From positions 81,385 through 145,384 of the forward strand of contig DLKM01000001.1 in the NCBI GenBank assembly GCA_002478945.1: a stretch of 64,000 nt of DNA, given 5' to 3'. Shown here piece by piece: positions 37,477-46,286 of this stretch. Numbering within the stretch: the first letter of the stretch is position 1; every line of letters begins with the position of its first letter. The translations under genes and the position numbers were made by a program. The notes beneath the pieces were generated by a model. That model was not told where the DNA came from and made no database searches. It worked only from the letters and a program-made list of their open reading frames with translations. Origin of the DNA: Christensenella sp. UBA7588. Lineage in GTDB: Bacteria; Bacillota; Clostridia; Christensenellales; CAG-917.

Positions 37477-37932
37477 ATGGATATTATCGACAACAAAAAA
37501 GACTTGAAAAAAGTGATTAAAGCAATGCGAATCGTATGGTGCTTTACGTTTCTGATTGCCGTCGTATTCCTTGCGCTCGGTATCAATTCGCTCGTAACGG
37601 CAGGTCCGTTTTTTGAAAACGAGAGCGAAGCGCTTCTTCCCAAAAACGGCGCAATCGCTATGACCGTCATCGGCGGTTTTTGCGCAATGGCAACGGTGTT
37701 TTTGACGTTCTTCTCTTTCGTCGTGCCTGCAATGACAAAACTTGCGCCGAAAATCAGCGGAGTTATGCTCGAAGCAAACAAAGACAACATTCAAAATATC
37801 GTACGCACGGTAAGCGACGCAAACAAACAGCAAACCTCCGAAGCGGAAGGCGAAACGATGTTCTGCCACAACTGCGGACAAAAAATCGCAAAAGACTCCG
37901 TGTATTGCAAACATTGCGGCGCAAAACAATAA
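37477..37932 (+). CDS. Small membrane protein with C-terminal zinc ribbon
   Basis: Two predicted TM segments and a C-terminal FCHNCGQKIAKDSVYCKHCGAKQ (CxxC-x10-CxxC). Confidence 0.6.
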   Translation: MDIIDNKKDLKKVIKAMRIVWCFTFLIAVVFLALGINSLVTAGPFFENESEALLPKNGAIAMTVIGGFCAMATVFLTFFSFVVPAMTKLAPKISGVMLEANKDNIQNIVRTVSDANKQQTSEAEGETMFCHNCGQKIAKDSVYCKHCGAKQ

Positions 37933-38014
37933 CCCGATTACAAAATTTGACTGCGTAGCGCGCATATGTTCCGCGCCGTATAACGCGTCATAGAAAAACG
38001 TCCAAAGGATTATT

Positions 38015-39967
38015 ATGAAAAAAATCTTACGCATAGACCTCGATTACAACTGGGTACTCACTCGCATAGACGACGCAAAGTATCCAATCGAAGTTCTCAA
38101 AGACAAGTTCCTGAAAGGAAAAACAAGCAAGATAAGCGAATCGTATCTGCATCTGACGCTATCCGTCGAAGAAAACGACTACGAAAAGACGAAAAACAAA
38201 ATTTCGTCGTTTTTTGCTTACAAATACGGAAAAAACAACGTTTACGCATTGCGTTTTTCCGATTTCGAGCCGAGCGAAGCCGATGAAAAAGCGGCAAATA
38301 AAAGCGCAAGCGATGTCGAAGAAATCGTATCTTTGGACGATACTCTCGAGCTTGTAAACGTCCTCGTCGGCGCACGGGAATACAAATCGCTGATAAAAGA
38401 ACTCGTTTCTATAGCCCCCGAAATGCAGAAAAACGGCGCGCAAGACGTATTTATGTCGCAAAGTTATCTCTTTTCGATAGGCGACGGATGCGGACTTTCG
38501 ACGTACCTTTCCATACTCGCAAGAATCGTGAACGGATTGTCGCTTGCAAAGATAGCGGCTGAAACTCCCGTTCTCGAGGTCTCTCTCGAGATGTCCGACA
38601 AACCCAAAGAGGACTTGGCAACGGCAAGCGAGGCATTGACGAAATTCGAGGATGACGACGCACGCGTCGTTTGCTTCGACATAAGCAAGTGGATTGACAA
38701 AACCGACTCGGAAGATTTCAAAAACTTTATGAAAAACGCCCAAAAGGCAAGCAAAAAGCACGTCGTCGTTTTCAGAGTGCCGTTTGTCGAAAAGGACGTC
38801 CTCAGCAAAGTAGAAACTTCGCTTAAAGACATTTCTTATATCAAAACGTTGGCTTTCCCTCCGTTTGACGCGACCGAAACGAAAGAGATAGCAAAGCGCG
38901 ACTTTGAAAAATACGGTATGAACGTATCTTCAGGTGCGTGGGAATACATATTCAAGCGCATCGCGCAAGAAAAAAGCGACGGCAAATTTTACGGACTCAA
39001 CACAATCAAAAAAGTCGTTAAAGAAATCGTTTACAACAAATACGTTTCAGTAGCAAACGGTGCAAAAAACACCGCTTTGATAGGCGTTAACGACGCAAAA
39101 AAAGTTTGCGCCGATTCTTCGGACAATTCAGAGGGTATGGCGCAACTCGACAAGCTCGTCGGCTGTGAAAAAATCAAAGCGCAAATTCAAGAAATCATTG
39201 CGCAAATCGAGTTGTCGAAAGCCGAAAACGGTCCCGACAGACCTTGCCTTCATATGCGCTTCGTCGGAAGCCCAGGAACGGGTAAAACCACGGTCGCAAG
39301 AATACTCGGAAAAATCCTCAAAGAAAAAGGCGTGCTTCGCATAGGCAATCTTTACGAATATAAAGGCAGGGATTTCTGCGGACAGTATATAGGCGAAACC
39401 GCGCCCAAAACGTCGGGTATGTGCCGCGATGCGTACGGCTCGGTGCTTTTCATAGACGAGGCGTATACTCTTTATAGAGGCGACGGCAACACAAGAGACT
39501 ACGGCGTGGAGGCAATAGACACTCTCATATCCGAAATGGAAAACCACAAAAACGACCTCGTAGTCATTATGGCAGGCTATACCGACGATATGGAAATGCT
39601 TATGGAAGCCAATCGCGGTCTGAAAAGCAGAATGCCCTACACCATAGAATTTCCGAACTTCACTCGCACGCAACTTTTCGAGATATACAAGTCTATGGCG
39701 TCAAACAAGTTTAAGGTGGCAAGCGACCTGTATCCCGTCGTCGAAGAATACTTCTCGAAACTGTCGGACGAGGTTATCGGCTCTAAAAAATTCAGCAACG
39801 CGCGCTTCGTCAGAAATCTGTTTGAACGGACGTGGGCAAAAGCCGCAATGAGAAGCCAACTCGAAGGACAGAATTCGGTTACTCTTTGCGCCTGCGACTT
39901 CAATAACGCCGCAAGCGAAAAAGACTTTGCGTTCAAGACGGAAAAGAAAATCAAACTCGGTTTTTGA
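38015..39967 (+). CDS. AAA+ ATPase of the CbxX/SpoVK/EccA-like class with a long unknown N-terminal region
   Basis: Walker A FVGSPGTGKTTVARILG, Walker B VLFIDEAYTLY, and the VIMAGYTDDM block typical of CbxX/SpoVK-type AAA proteins. Confidence 0.8.
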   Translation: MKKILRIDLDYNWVLTRIDDAKYPIEVLKDKFLKGKTSKISESYLHLTLSVEENDYEKTKNKISSFFAYKYGKNNVYALRFSDFEPSEADEKAANKSASDVEEIVSLDDTLELVNVLVGAREYKSLIKELVSIAPEMQKNGAQDVFMSQSYLFSIGDGCGLSTYLSILARIVNGLSLAKIAAETPVLEVSLEMSDKPKEDLATASEALTKFEDDDARVVCFDISKWIDKTDSEDFKNFMKNAQKASKKHVVVFRVPFVEKDVLSKVETSLKDISYIKTLAFPPFDATETKEIAKRDFEKYGMNVSSGAWEYIFKRIAQEKSDGKFYGLNTIKKVVKEIVYNKYVSVANGAKNTALIGVNDAKKVCADSSDNSEGMAQLDKLVGCEKIKAQIQEIIAQIELSKAENGPDRPCLHMRFVGSPGTGKTTVARILGKILKEKGVLRIGNLYEYKGRDFCGQYIGETAPKTSGMCRDAYGSVLFIDEAYTLYRGDGNTRDYGVEAIDTLISEMENHKNDLVVIMAGYTDDMEMLMEANRGLKSRMPYTIEFPNFTRTQLFEIYKSMASNKFKVASDLYPVVEEYFSKLSDEVIGSKKFSNARFVRNLFERTWAKAAMRSQLEGQNSVTLCACDFNNAASEKDFAFKTEKKIKLGF

Positions 39968-39983
39968 GAAATAGGATTGATAT

Positions 39984-40463
39984 ATGAAAATACCTTTCAA
40001 ACAAAAAAAACTATCTGCCGCCGTATATAAGAACTTGTGCAAAGTCCTTGACGAGGACGGCGTAAAATACACCAAAAACAAGAAAAAGTTGTCGTTAAAC
40101 TGCATTATGCGCGGGAAAAACACTCCCGTTGGACTCAATGCAATCGTTGATGCGAACCCGATGATTTTGCTTGCGATGTCCCCTCTCGTATTCGTCGTTC
40201 CGAAAGAGCGCAGAGACGTGGTCGCGGTTGCCGTAAGCGACGTGAACGCATACCTGTCGGACGGACACTTCGATTTCAACTATCAGACGGGCGAAATAGT
40301 TTTCCGAATCGTTCTGTGCTTTGCAAACAGCATAATAAGCAAACAAACGCTAAGGTATATCACGTCTACCGTGTTAAAAACCGTGGACAGCTACAACGAC
40401 AAGTTGATGGCTATCGCGACGAACGATTCGAGCATAGAAGATGCGCTGAAATTGCTGCGCTAA
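39984..40463 (+). CDS. YbjN-domain (T3SS-chaperone-like fold) protein
   Basis: 159 aa. The pattern ...VKYTKNKKKLSLNCIMRGKN...LLAMSPLVFVVPKERRDVVAVAVSDVNAYLSDGHFDFNYQTGEIVFR fits my memory of YbjN-like proteins. It has a paralogous neighbour. Confidence 0.5.
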   Translation: MKIPFKQKKLSAAVYKNLCKVLDEDGVKYTKNKKKLSLNCIMRGKNTPVGLNAIVDANPMILLAMSPLVFVVPKERRDVVAVAVSDVNAYLSDGHFDFNYQTGEIVFRIVLCFANSIISKQTLRYITSTVLKTVDSYNDKLMAIATNDSSIEDALKLLR

Positions 40464-40473
40464 AGGAGTCGAT

Positions 40474-40953
40474 ATGCAGAACGCCGATTTTACACTTGCA
40501 AAAAACGTATACGATATGATAGTTTCGACTTTGGAAAGTCAAGATTTCAAATTGCAAAAAAACGACGACGAATTGAAAGTGGCTTTCCAAATAGAAACGG
40601 ACAGCCTCCCAATCGTATTTTCCGTCGTAACGGATGCCCAAAGACAGTTGATACGAATCATTGCGGGATATTCCATAGTTTTTCCGCAAGAAAAACGCCT
40701 CGACGGTGCAATAGCCACTTGTATGACAAACTGCAATCTCGTCGCAGGCGGTTTCGATTACGATTACGAAACAGGTATGGTCGTCTACAGAGTATCCTCG
40801 AGTTTCTCGGGCGGCGTCATCTCCCCCGACGTGCTTATGTATTTGATTCAAACCGCACATAGCGTATGCTTTGCATACGATGACGACCTCGACAAGCTCG
40901 CCAAAGGACAAACCACTCTCGACTCGTATCTTTATATGTTTGACGAGGACTGA
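40474..40953 (+). CDS. YbjN-domain protein, paralogue of the preceding gene
   Basis: 159 aa with the same architecture (...FKLQKNDDELKVAFQIETDS...RIIAGYSIVFPQEKRLDGAIATCMTNCNLVAGGFDYDYETGMVVYR). Confidence 0.5.
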   Translation: MQNADFTLAKNVYDMIVSTLESQDFKLQKNDDELKVAFQIETDSLPIVFSVVTDAQRQLIRIIAGYSIVFPQEKRLDGAIATCMTNCNLVAGGFDYDYETGMVVYRVSSSFSGGVISPDVLMYLIQTAHSVCFAYDDDLDKLAKGQTTLDSYLYMFDED

Positions 40954-41000
40954 TTTCGTTTTGTCCCCCCCCCACACACAAAAAAAATAACCGACAAATC

Positions 41001-41038
41001 AAGCACTCCATACGGAGTGCTTGATTTGCTGGCGGAGC
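41001..41038 (+). repeat. Left copy of the 38-bp direct repeat (hairpin + TGGCGGAGC)
   Basis: aagcactccatacggagtgcttgatttgctggcggagc, versus aagcactccgtacggagtgcttgatttgctggcggagc at 43174-43211 (1 mismatch). TGGCGGAG equals the reverse complement of the tRNA-Ser 3' end. Confidence 0.85.
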
Positions 41039-41116
41039 GATCGCCAATAAAAATGCCATATCCGTTATTGATGTCATATATATAAGCTTTCTGTTTTTTT
41101 GCCGAACTAAAGGCAG

Positions 41117-42511
41117 TTAGTTATGATTTAATAGTTCTTTAATCAAAAATGCAATATTGTTGTCATTTTTTATATAATTATTTAAAGCAGTTAAGTCTAC
41201 ATCAAAATCTCGCAACAACAAATACCTTAAACATATCCACATCAATTCGGTAACATAAACCAATTCGCTTTCTTTTAAAATGTTTTTGTTTGAGCCATAA
41301 TGTGTATGCCAATTCCTAGAGTGATAGATTTTATTTATTAAACTTGATTTCTTCTTACTATTTATAAGTTCAGAAAATTTATTATTACTCAAATTATCGA
41401 CATCTCGAAAAAGTTTAGATATTATTTGTCTAAACGATATTTGATTATTGTACTTAAGCGTATTTTTTAACCATTCGTTTTCTTCTTCGTTCAGTTTTTC
41501 AGATATTACACTTAACATTTCGTCAAACCTTTTATTATCTGTTGTTGGCGTTAATTCAATAATATTTCTATAATAATCTTCTAAAACTCCACATAGATTT
41601 ATAAATGAGGTTATCGGTTTTAATTTTTTTTCATGCTTAAACGAAACAATATATTCTGTTAACGAATTAATTATATTGCTATATTTATCATATTTCTCAA
41701 TATATGTTTTAATAGATTTTTGAATATGTTCACTATTTAAATATATCTTATCAATATTAGATATCTTATTATCTAATTCTGTATCTAGTCTTACATCATA
41801 TATACTTGCGATGTGTCTTTTTTGGGAAAATAATTTTATTTCTTTCATTAAAACTAACCTGTTTAGTAAAAGATTAAAAAATTTTACTATGATATTCTCA
41901 TCATATAAAAGCTTTTTATAGTAAAAATCTATTAAAGAATTTTTATCAATTATCAAATTGCTACAATCAATTAAAACTTTACTTCTACATGTAAAGTAAT
42001 TTGAATCTTTATTGTTTTCATTCGTTATCCATGATCGGGCAATACTATATTCTCTGTCTTTTATTTTAAATGCGATTTTGTCCGAATTATGTTTACATAA
42101 AAAAGAATAATCTAAACAATTATCACTTAATTTTTTTTCAAATGTAGTATTCTCTAAATAATTTTCTAAAGCATTTGCTTCCATAACAATTCTGTCAAAC
42201 GATGTATTGAGACTATCTATATTTTTAAAATCGAAACAGGTTTCACATGAATATCGACAGGTTTCATATCCTGGAATAGACAAAGAGCAATTCAGAACCA
42301 TACATCTAGAAAGAATAAGCAAATGGCCATTTTGAGTAAAACCATAAATCATTGGATGCTCTTTAAAATCGTTTGATCCACTAAAATCCTCAAAAGATCC
42401 ATTTAGTTGCAATATCAAATTTTTGTTGCTATAAGTAAATGTTCCTGAAATACTTTTATCGTCATTAAAAATTTCTTCAATTGATAAAGCCCACATTCCT
42501 ACATATTCCAT
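41117..42511 (-). CDS. ApeA-like protein: N-terminal ApeA_NTD-like region plus C-terminal HEPN (Rx4H) motif
   Basis: 464 aa and very AT-rich. The N-terminus GMWALSIEEIFNDDKSISGTFTYSNKNLILQLNGSF resembles the ApeA N-terminal pattern. The C-terminal KIYHSRNWHTHYG contains R-N-W-H-T-H, an Rx4H motif. Confidence 0.5.
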   Translation of the reverse strand: MEYVGMWALSIEEIFNDDKSISGTFTYSNKNLILQLNGSFEDFSGSNDFKEHPMIYGFTQNGHLLILSRCMVLNCSLSIPGYETCRYSCETCFDFKNIDSLNTSFDRIVMEANALENYLENTTFEKKLSDNCLDYSFLCKHNSDKIAFKIKDREYSIARSWITNENNKDSNYFTCRSKVLIDCSNLIIDKNSLIDFYYKKLLYDENIIVKFFNLLLNRLVLMKEIKLFSQKRHIASIYDVRLDTELDNKISNIDKIYLNSEHIQKSIKTYIEKYDKYSNIINSLTEYIVSFKHEKKLKPITSFINLCGVLEDYYRNIIELTPTTDNKRFDEMLSVISEKLNEEENEWLKNTLKYNNQISFRQIISKLFRDVDNLSNNKFSELINSKKKSSLINKIYHSRNWHTHYGSNKNILKESELVYVTELMWICLRYLLLRDFDVDLTALNNYIKNDNNIAFLIKELLNHN

Positions 42512-42615
42512 AATTTTCTCCTGTTTTTATATTGTACCATAAAAAACATAGCTTTTGTAGAGCTATTTATAATTTTATAAAATAAATATTATAATATTTT
42601 TATAATAGAAATCTT

Positions 42616-42859
42616 ATGAAAATTTATAATAAATTGATTAGGGATAAAATTCCAAAGATTATTATTGAGAGAATGACAAAAACTGTGTGACAAGATTTTG
42701 TCTAACGATGAATATTTAGAAAGTCTCAATATTAAATTTCAAAAAGAATTAAAATAACTCCTTTAAAGCTGCGATATAGAAGAACTTGCCAATTTGGAAG
42801 AAATTCTAAGAGCAATCTTCGACACTAAAAGTGTTTATTATGCAGAATTTGAAAAATAA
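42616..42859 (+). pseudogene. Decayed MazG-like / phosphoribosyl-ATP-pyrophosphohydrolase-like NTP pyrophosphatase gene
   Basis: Three frames spliced by hand: MKIYNKLIRDKIPKIIIERMTKTV* / KILSNDEYLESLNIKFQKELK* / SCDIEELANLEEILRAIFDTKSVYYAEFEK*. These match the YNKLVRDKIPEII...ILSDEEYLEEL...D.EELADLLEVI pattern of small MazG-like proteins, interrupted by stops and frameshifts. Confidence 0.55.
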
Positions 42860-42867
42860 AAAACAAC

Positions 42868-42925
42868 CCCCTACTGTTTGTAGCAATTTAACGGTTTGCT
42901 ATCGAAGATGCAGGGATTTGTTTAA
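42868..42925 (+). repeat. Degenerate copy of the tRNA-Ser downstream hairpin plus about 25 nt of the tRNA-Ser 3' end (old att site)
   Basis: ccctactgtttgtagcaatttaacggtttgctatcgaagatgcagggatttgtttaat aligns with 46255-46313, ccctactgtttagtagcagtttagcggttcgttggcggagaagcagggatttgaaccct. About 46 of 59 positions are identical by hand alignment. Confidence 0.7.
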
Positions 42926-43173
42926 TAGCGAGCGTCGAGCGTGCTCGAAAAGCGAAGCGTCTATGCTAAACAAACTTGTGCTTTCGCACATCGTGCGATG
43001 CACGGAACACTGCGTGTATTGTTTGTTTGCTATGTCCTCTACGCTCATTATCCGCAAATGCTTTGCGCTTGCGTCTCTCTTCGCTTGTGGTCAGCCTGGC
43101 GGTGCCGGCGTTCGGCAACACCGTTGCCCACGCATATACGATATGCGTGAAATCCCTCGATTCGGTAACAAAA

Positions 43174-43211
43174 AAGCACTCCGTACGGAGTGCTTGATTT
43201 GCTGGCGGAGC
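43174..43211 (+). repeat. Right copy of the 38-bp direct repeat
   Basis: See 41001-41038. Confidence 0.85.
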
Positions 43212-43260
43212 ATTAGTAACGTAAATCGAATAGATATTGAATATTTCGTTCAAATTTTAT

Positions 43261-44790
43261 TCATTCTAACAGCTTCGTGATATTTTTTATAAAATCACTT
43301 AAATTCTCTATAGTAAAAATATCTTCACACAAATAAATAATAAACCTTTCTTCGTCTATATTGAGACTATTTAAGTTAGACAACAGTATATTATATAATG
43401 CCTTACCAGATTTATCTTGTTTTTGTTTTGTCCGTTCATCATTTTCATAATCTTGTATAATTGATTTAAGTGATTTTTGGTTAAAGTATTTATCACCAAG
43501 CAGTTTAGTAAAACATAGGTCTTTCTCCTCAATCAACTTGTGATATAGGTACTTTTCAATACTTAATATTGGTAAGAAAGTCTTTGGCAAGCTCGTGTAT
43601 TGTTGAGAATTTAAGTAAGCCATTTGCATAGAGTTGGTTTTTACATCTCCATCAAATATACTTATAATACGTTTACCAACTCCCAAGGTATTATAAGTGA
43701 CCAAATCTTTATGCAGTTTTATCATCTGGGTACAACCGCCCGCTGGCAAAACGCAACATAATTTGCTTTGAGCCAATCTATTATCTCGAATTGCTTTTTC
43801 AACAACTGCTTTCGCAAGTTCATCTTCTACAAGGATTAGAAAATCAAACCCATTTGGTACATATAAATTTCTAATAGCATAATTAGGATAACAAGGATTA
43901 ATCAACTCTACTTTACCATCATTATTCTCAACGAGAAAAAGATTTTTGGGAGATATTCTTTGTACTAGTTCCGCTGAGTGCGTTGAAAAATATATAACCA
44001 AGTCAAGACTACTTGTTTTCACCAAATTTGATAGAACTTCAATTAAACGATCTATAGCACTTGGATGAAGTGCTAACTCTATTTCATCAATCAAAAACAA
44101 CAATTTATCATTGTGCCGCCCGCGAATTACCAAATTGTTCAAAAAATCAAACAAGGATATTAACATGCTCTCGCCGCTACTCATTCTATATTGACTTATA
44201 GTGACATTGTCATTAACAGTGAAAAAATATGGCATTCCCTTAAATCCATTTTTAGCAGCGATACCACGGTTTTTTATTTTTTTTAATCCTTTATAATAAT
44301 CTTTCTTATTGTGAAGAATATATCCTAGTGACTCTGACACATATTTATCTGCATTGGTCAAATAATCTTCAAAATTCGGTGAAGACATAAAGTTATCGAT
44401 GATAGAATAATCATCAAATCTACTACCATAAAAAATACTGCCTTCGTAAAATCCCTCACAGTGGTTTCTTGCTTTTACAACAGCAGTGCGTTTCCCGTTT
44501 TTCAAAATTGTTATATACTCACCTGTTGTAAATTTCCCATTTCGTTGTTTTTTCCAGACATCTTGACAATTTGAAATCGATATATTAATAAAAGAAGATT
44601 CGTCAAAATCATATGGTTTTAACATTTTTGCGGATGTTGTTTTTATCAGCAAAGACGTAGCCAACATCAAAGTGCTTTTCCCGCAACCATTTTCCCCTAC
44701 AAATGCATATAACCCCTTTTCAAAAGGGATGGAAATATTTGCAGATTTAATATTTTTTATATTATTAATCATTAGTTCTATGCTATTCAT
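43261..44790 (-). CDS. ABC/AAA-type ATPase fused to a Toprim/DUF4435-like C-terminal domain (OLD-family-like)
   Basis: Walker A FVGENGCGKSTL, signature-like MSSGESM, Walker B LLFLIDEIELALHP, H-loop FSTHS. These are followed by FLILVEDELAK (Glu) and ISIFDGDVK (DxD), as in Toprim/DUF4435 domains. Confidence 0.6.
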   Translation of the reverse strand: MNSIELMINNIKNIKSANISIPFEKGLYAFVGENGCGKSTLMLATSLLIKTTSAKMLKPYDFDESSFINISISNCQDVWKKQRNGKFTTGEYITILKNGKRTAVVKARNHCEGFYEGSIFYGSRFDDYSIIDNFMSSPNFEDYLTNADKYVSESLGYILHNKKDYYKGLKKIKNRGIAAKNGFKGMPYFFTVNDNVTISQYRMSSGESMLISLFDFLNNLVIRGRHNDKLLFLIDEIELALHPSAIDRLIEVLSNLVKTSSLDLVIYFSTHSAELVQRISPKNLFLVENNDGKVELINPCYPNYAIRNLYVPNGFDFLILVEDELAKAVVEKAIRDNRLAQSKLCCVLPAGGCTQMIKLHKDLVTYNTLGVGKRIISIFDGDVKTNSMQMAYLNSQQYTSLPKTFLPILSIEKYLYHKLIEEKDLCFTKLLGDKYFNQKSLKSIIQDYENDERTKQKQDKSGKALYNILLSNLNSLNIDEERFIIYLCEDIFTIENLSDFIKNITKLLE

Positions 44791-44875
44791 AATCTTCTCC
44801 TTTTCATTTTTTTAACACAAACAAATACTCGTTGACAAGTAAAAGAGAATTAAACTTTATGCTATTTGTTTTTCC

Positions 44876-45060
44876 TTAGTTCGTGGTTTTGCAGTTGTAT
44901 TGCTCTTTGATTATAATCGCTTTCTTCTTGAACCCTGCCATTTCAAAAATTCGCATTGTTTCAAACGCCAATGGTTGAACCATACCTTTTTAACGAGTAT
45001 TTTTTATAAGTATAGCACAAAGCTTATTCCTTTTCAATACCCGATAGCATTCGTACGTGA
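44876..45060 (-). pseudogene. Remnant of a DNA methyltransferase C-terminus
   Basis: The reverse strand reads ...CAILIKNTR* (frame shift) KGMVQPLAFETMRIFEMAGFKKKAIIIKEQYNCKTTN*. This resembles the C-terminal block of N4/N6 DNA methylases (..p..f......aGF.lk..iIk.Q). There is no intact ORF or catalytic motif. Confidence 0.35.
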
Positions 45061-45168
45061 CTTTGCACGTTTCGTATAAAAACCTTTAAGCGCACTCCCA
45101 CATCTTTTTCCTTTGTTTTATATTCTTAATAAGATCAGCAATATAATTTATATTAAAAACATAACGCT

Positions 45169-46107
45169 TCATTTGTCATCTTGCGATATTACACTTTTTA
45201 ACTCTTCTTTGCTAAATGCAGAAATTTCTATAACCTCATTTTTTACAGTTTCACTAATATTAATTTTTATATCCGTTAAATCAAGCATTTTATAGTTTTC
45301 ACTACACAGTTTTCGAATTGACTTTATATTTGCGATTATTTGTTTTAGCCAATCAGAATTGTTTTTTAATAGCCAAATTCCGTTGCCTATATCTACAAGG
45401 ATCAAGTGTGTCTCAGAATGTTCCAATCGTGCGATTTCGTTATCGGTAAGATAAAAACCGCCGTTTTTAATATTCTTTACCTCAATTCCGCAGTCAAAAA
45501 GCCTAATATCATATCCGTATTCTTTGTTGTTCGACACGTCAACAAAATCTATCCCTCGTTTTAAACCCAAACAATCCGTTAGGAATGAAACGAAATACTT
45601 TTCTGCTTTTCTGCCGCTGTAAATTCTTTTTGCAGCATCCTTTATCGTGCCGTTTACACGGCGTATATCGTACGTATGCTCATAATAAGCCGCCATCGGA
45701 AGAACACGCCTTAACTCGTCGCGATTGAATTGAGCGATTATTCGACTATCGTGAATAGCCTCAAGCAAAACGCCATTTCCTTGTTCGCTGTGAGGTAACG
45801 TTTGTTCATTCAGGAATTCATACAGAACAGGAATTGCAGCTTTTAGAAATCCTTTTTCTATATACGAACTTCTACCCTTAGAAGAAAACTCGTCAAGAAT
45901 ATTATTGTAAAAAACACAATGTTTGTCACGAATGTCTGGTTCTAAGCTTTTTACCGTAAAAATAGCAGTTTCGTCGACTTTATTAAATCCGAGATATTCG
46001 AACAAATATTCTAAAGCATTTGCGTAAGAGTTTGCAGTCCCTGTTAGGCTTCCGAATTTTGATTCACAAAACGCTTTATAATTTAAAACAAATTCTTCTG
46101 TTTGCAT
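45169..46107 (-). CDS. DUF3883-like (PD-(D/E)xK nuclease fold) protein
   Basis: Start moved to ATG 46107 (MQTEEFVLNYK...), preceded by GAGGA. The track start 46170 is TTG. C-terminal GRKAEKYFVSFL...EYGYDIRLFDCGIEVKNIKNGGFYLTDNEIA matches the DUF3883 pattern (GYDI ... IEVK ... LT.NE). Confidence 0.55.
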   Translation of the reverse strand: MQTEEFVLNYKAFCESKFGSLTGTANSYANALEYLFEYLGFNKVDETAIFTVKSLEPDIRDKHCVFYNNILDEFSSKGRSSYIEKGFLKAAIPVLYEFLNEQTLPHSEQGNGVLLEAIHDSRIIAQFNRDELRRVLPMAAYYEHTYDIRRVNGTIKDAAKRIYSGRKAEKYFVSFLTDCLGLKRGIDFVDVSNNKEYGYDIRLFDCGIEVKNIKNGGFYLTDNEIARLEHSETHLILVDIGNGIWLLKNNSDWLKQIIANIKSIRKLCSENYKMLDLTDIKINISETVKNEVIEISAFSKEELKSVISQDDK

Positions 46108-46286
46108 AATAATCCTCAATAACAGGGTATTATTTTCTATTATTATACCATATATCAAATCAGCTTTCAAGACCTATCAATTATAAACGGTACCATTTCT
46201 AAAGCAAAAAGTGTAATCAAAATAAAGAATCAGGGCAAAAGAAAAACCGCCAAACCCTACTGTTTAGTAGCAGTTTAGCGGTTCGT

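Larger units (their letters stand above)
41001..46286. mobile_element. AT-rich composite island downstream of tRNA-Ser (nested att-like repeats, no integrase)
   Basis: Low-G+C genes at 41117-42511 and 43261-46107. A 38-bp direct repeat lies at 41001-41038 and 43174-43211. A decayed copy of the tRNA-Ser 3' end plus its downstream hairpin lies at 42868-42925. The intact tRNA-Ser is at 46287-46378. Confidence 0.65.

Noticed and set aside
37426-38034. 202-aa minus-strand ORF overlapping the zinc-ribbon membrane protein gene.
   Set aside because: It is antisense to an ORF with clearer features (TM helices, CxxC zinc ribbon, RBS). Its composition is shadow-like.
40965-40988. C9-(AC)3-A8 low-complexity tract just after the second YbjN-like gene, considered as a phase-variation tract.
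   Set aside because: It lies downstream of a stop codon and is not within a promoter spacer or a coding start, so no switchable target is evident.
42831-43280. ORFs of 69-149 aa in the G+C-rich orphan segment of island 2 (42831..43280 +, 42966..43253 -, and others).
   Set aside because: They overlap each other in several frames, span the att-like repeats, and have no RBS or motifs. They are most likely non-coding relic DNA.
45113-45295. 60-aa + strand ORF overlapping the 3' end of the DUF3883-like gene.
   Set aside because: An AT-rich chance ORF, antisense to a better-supported gene, with no RBS.
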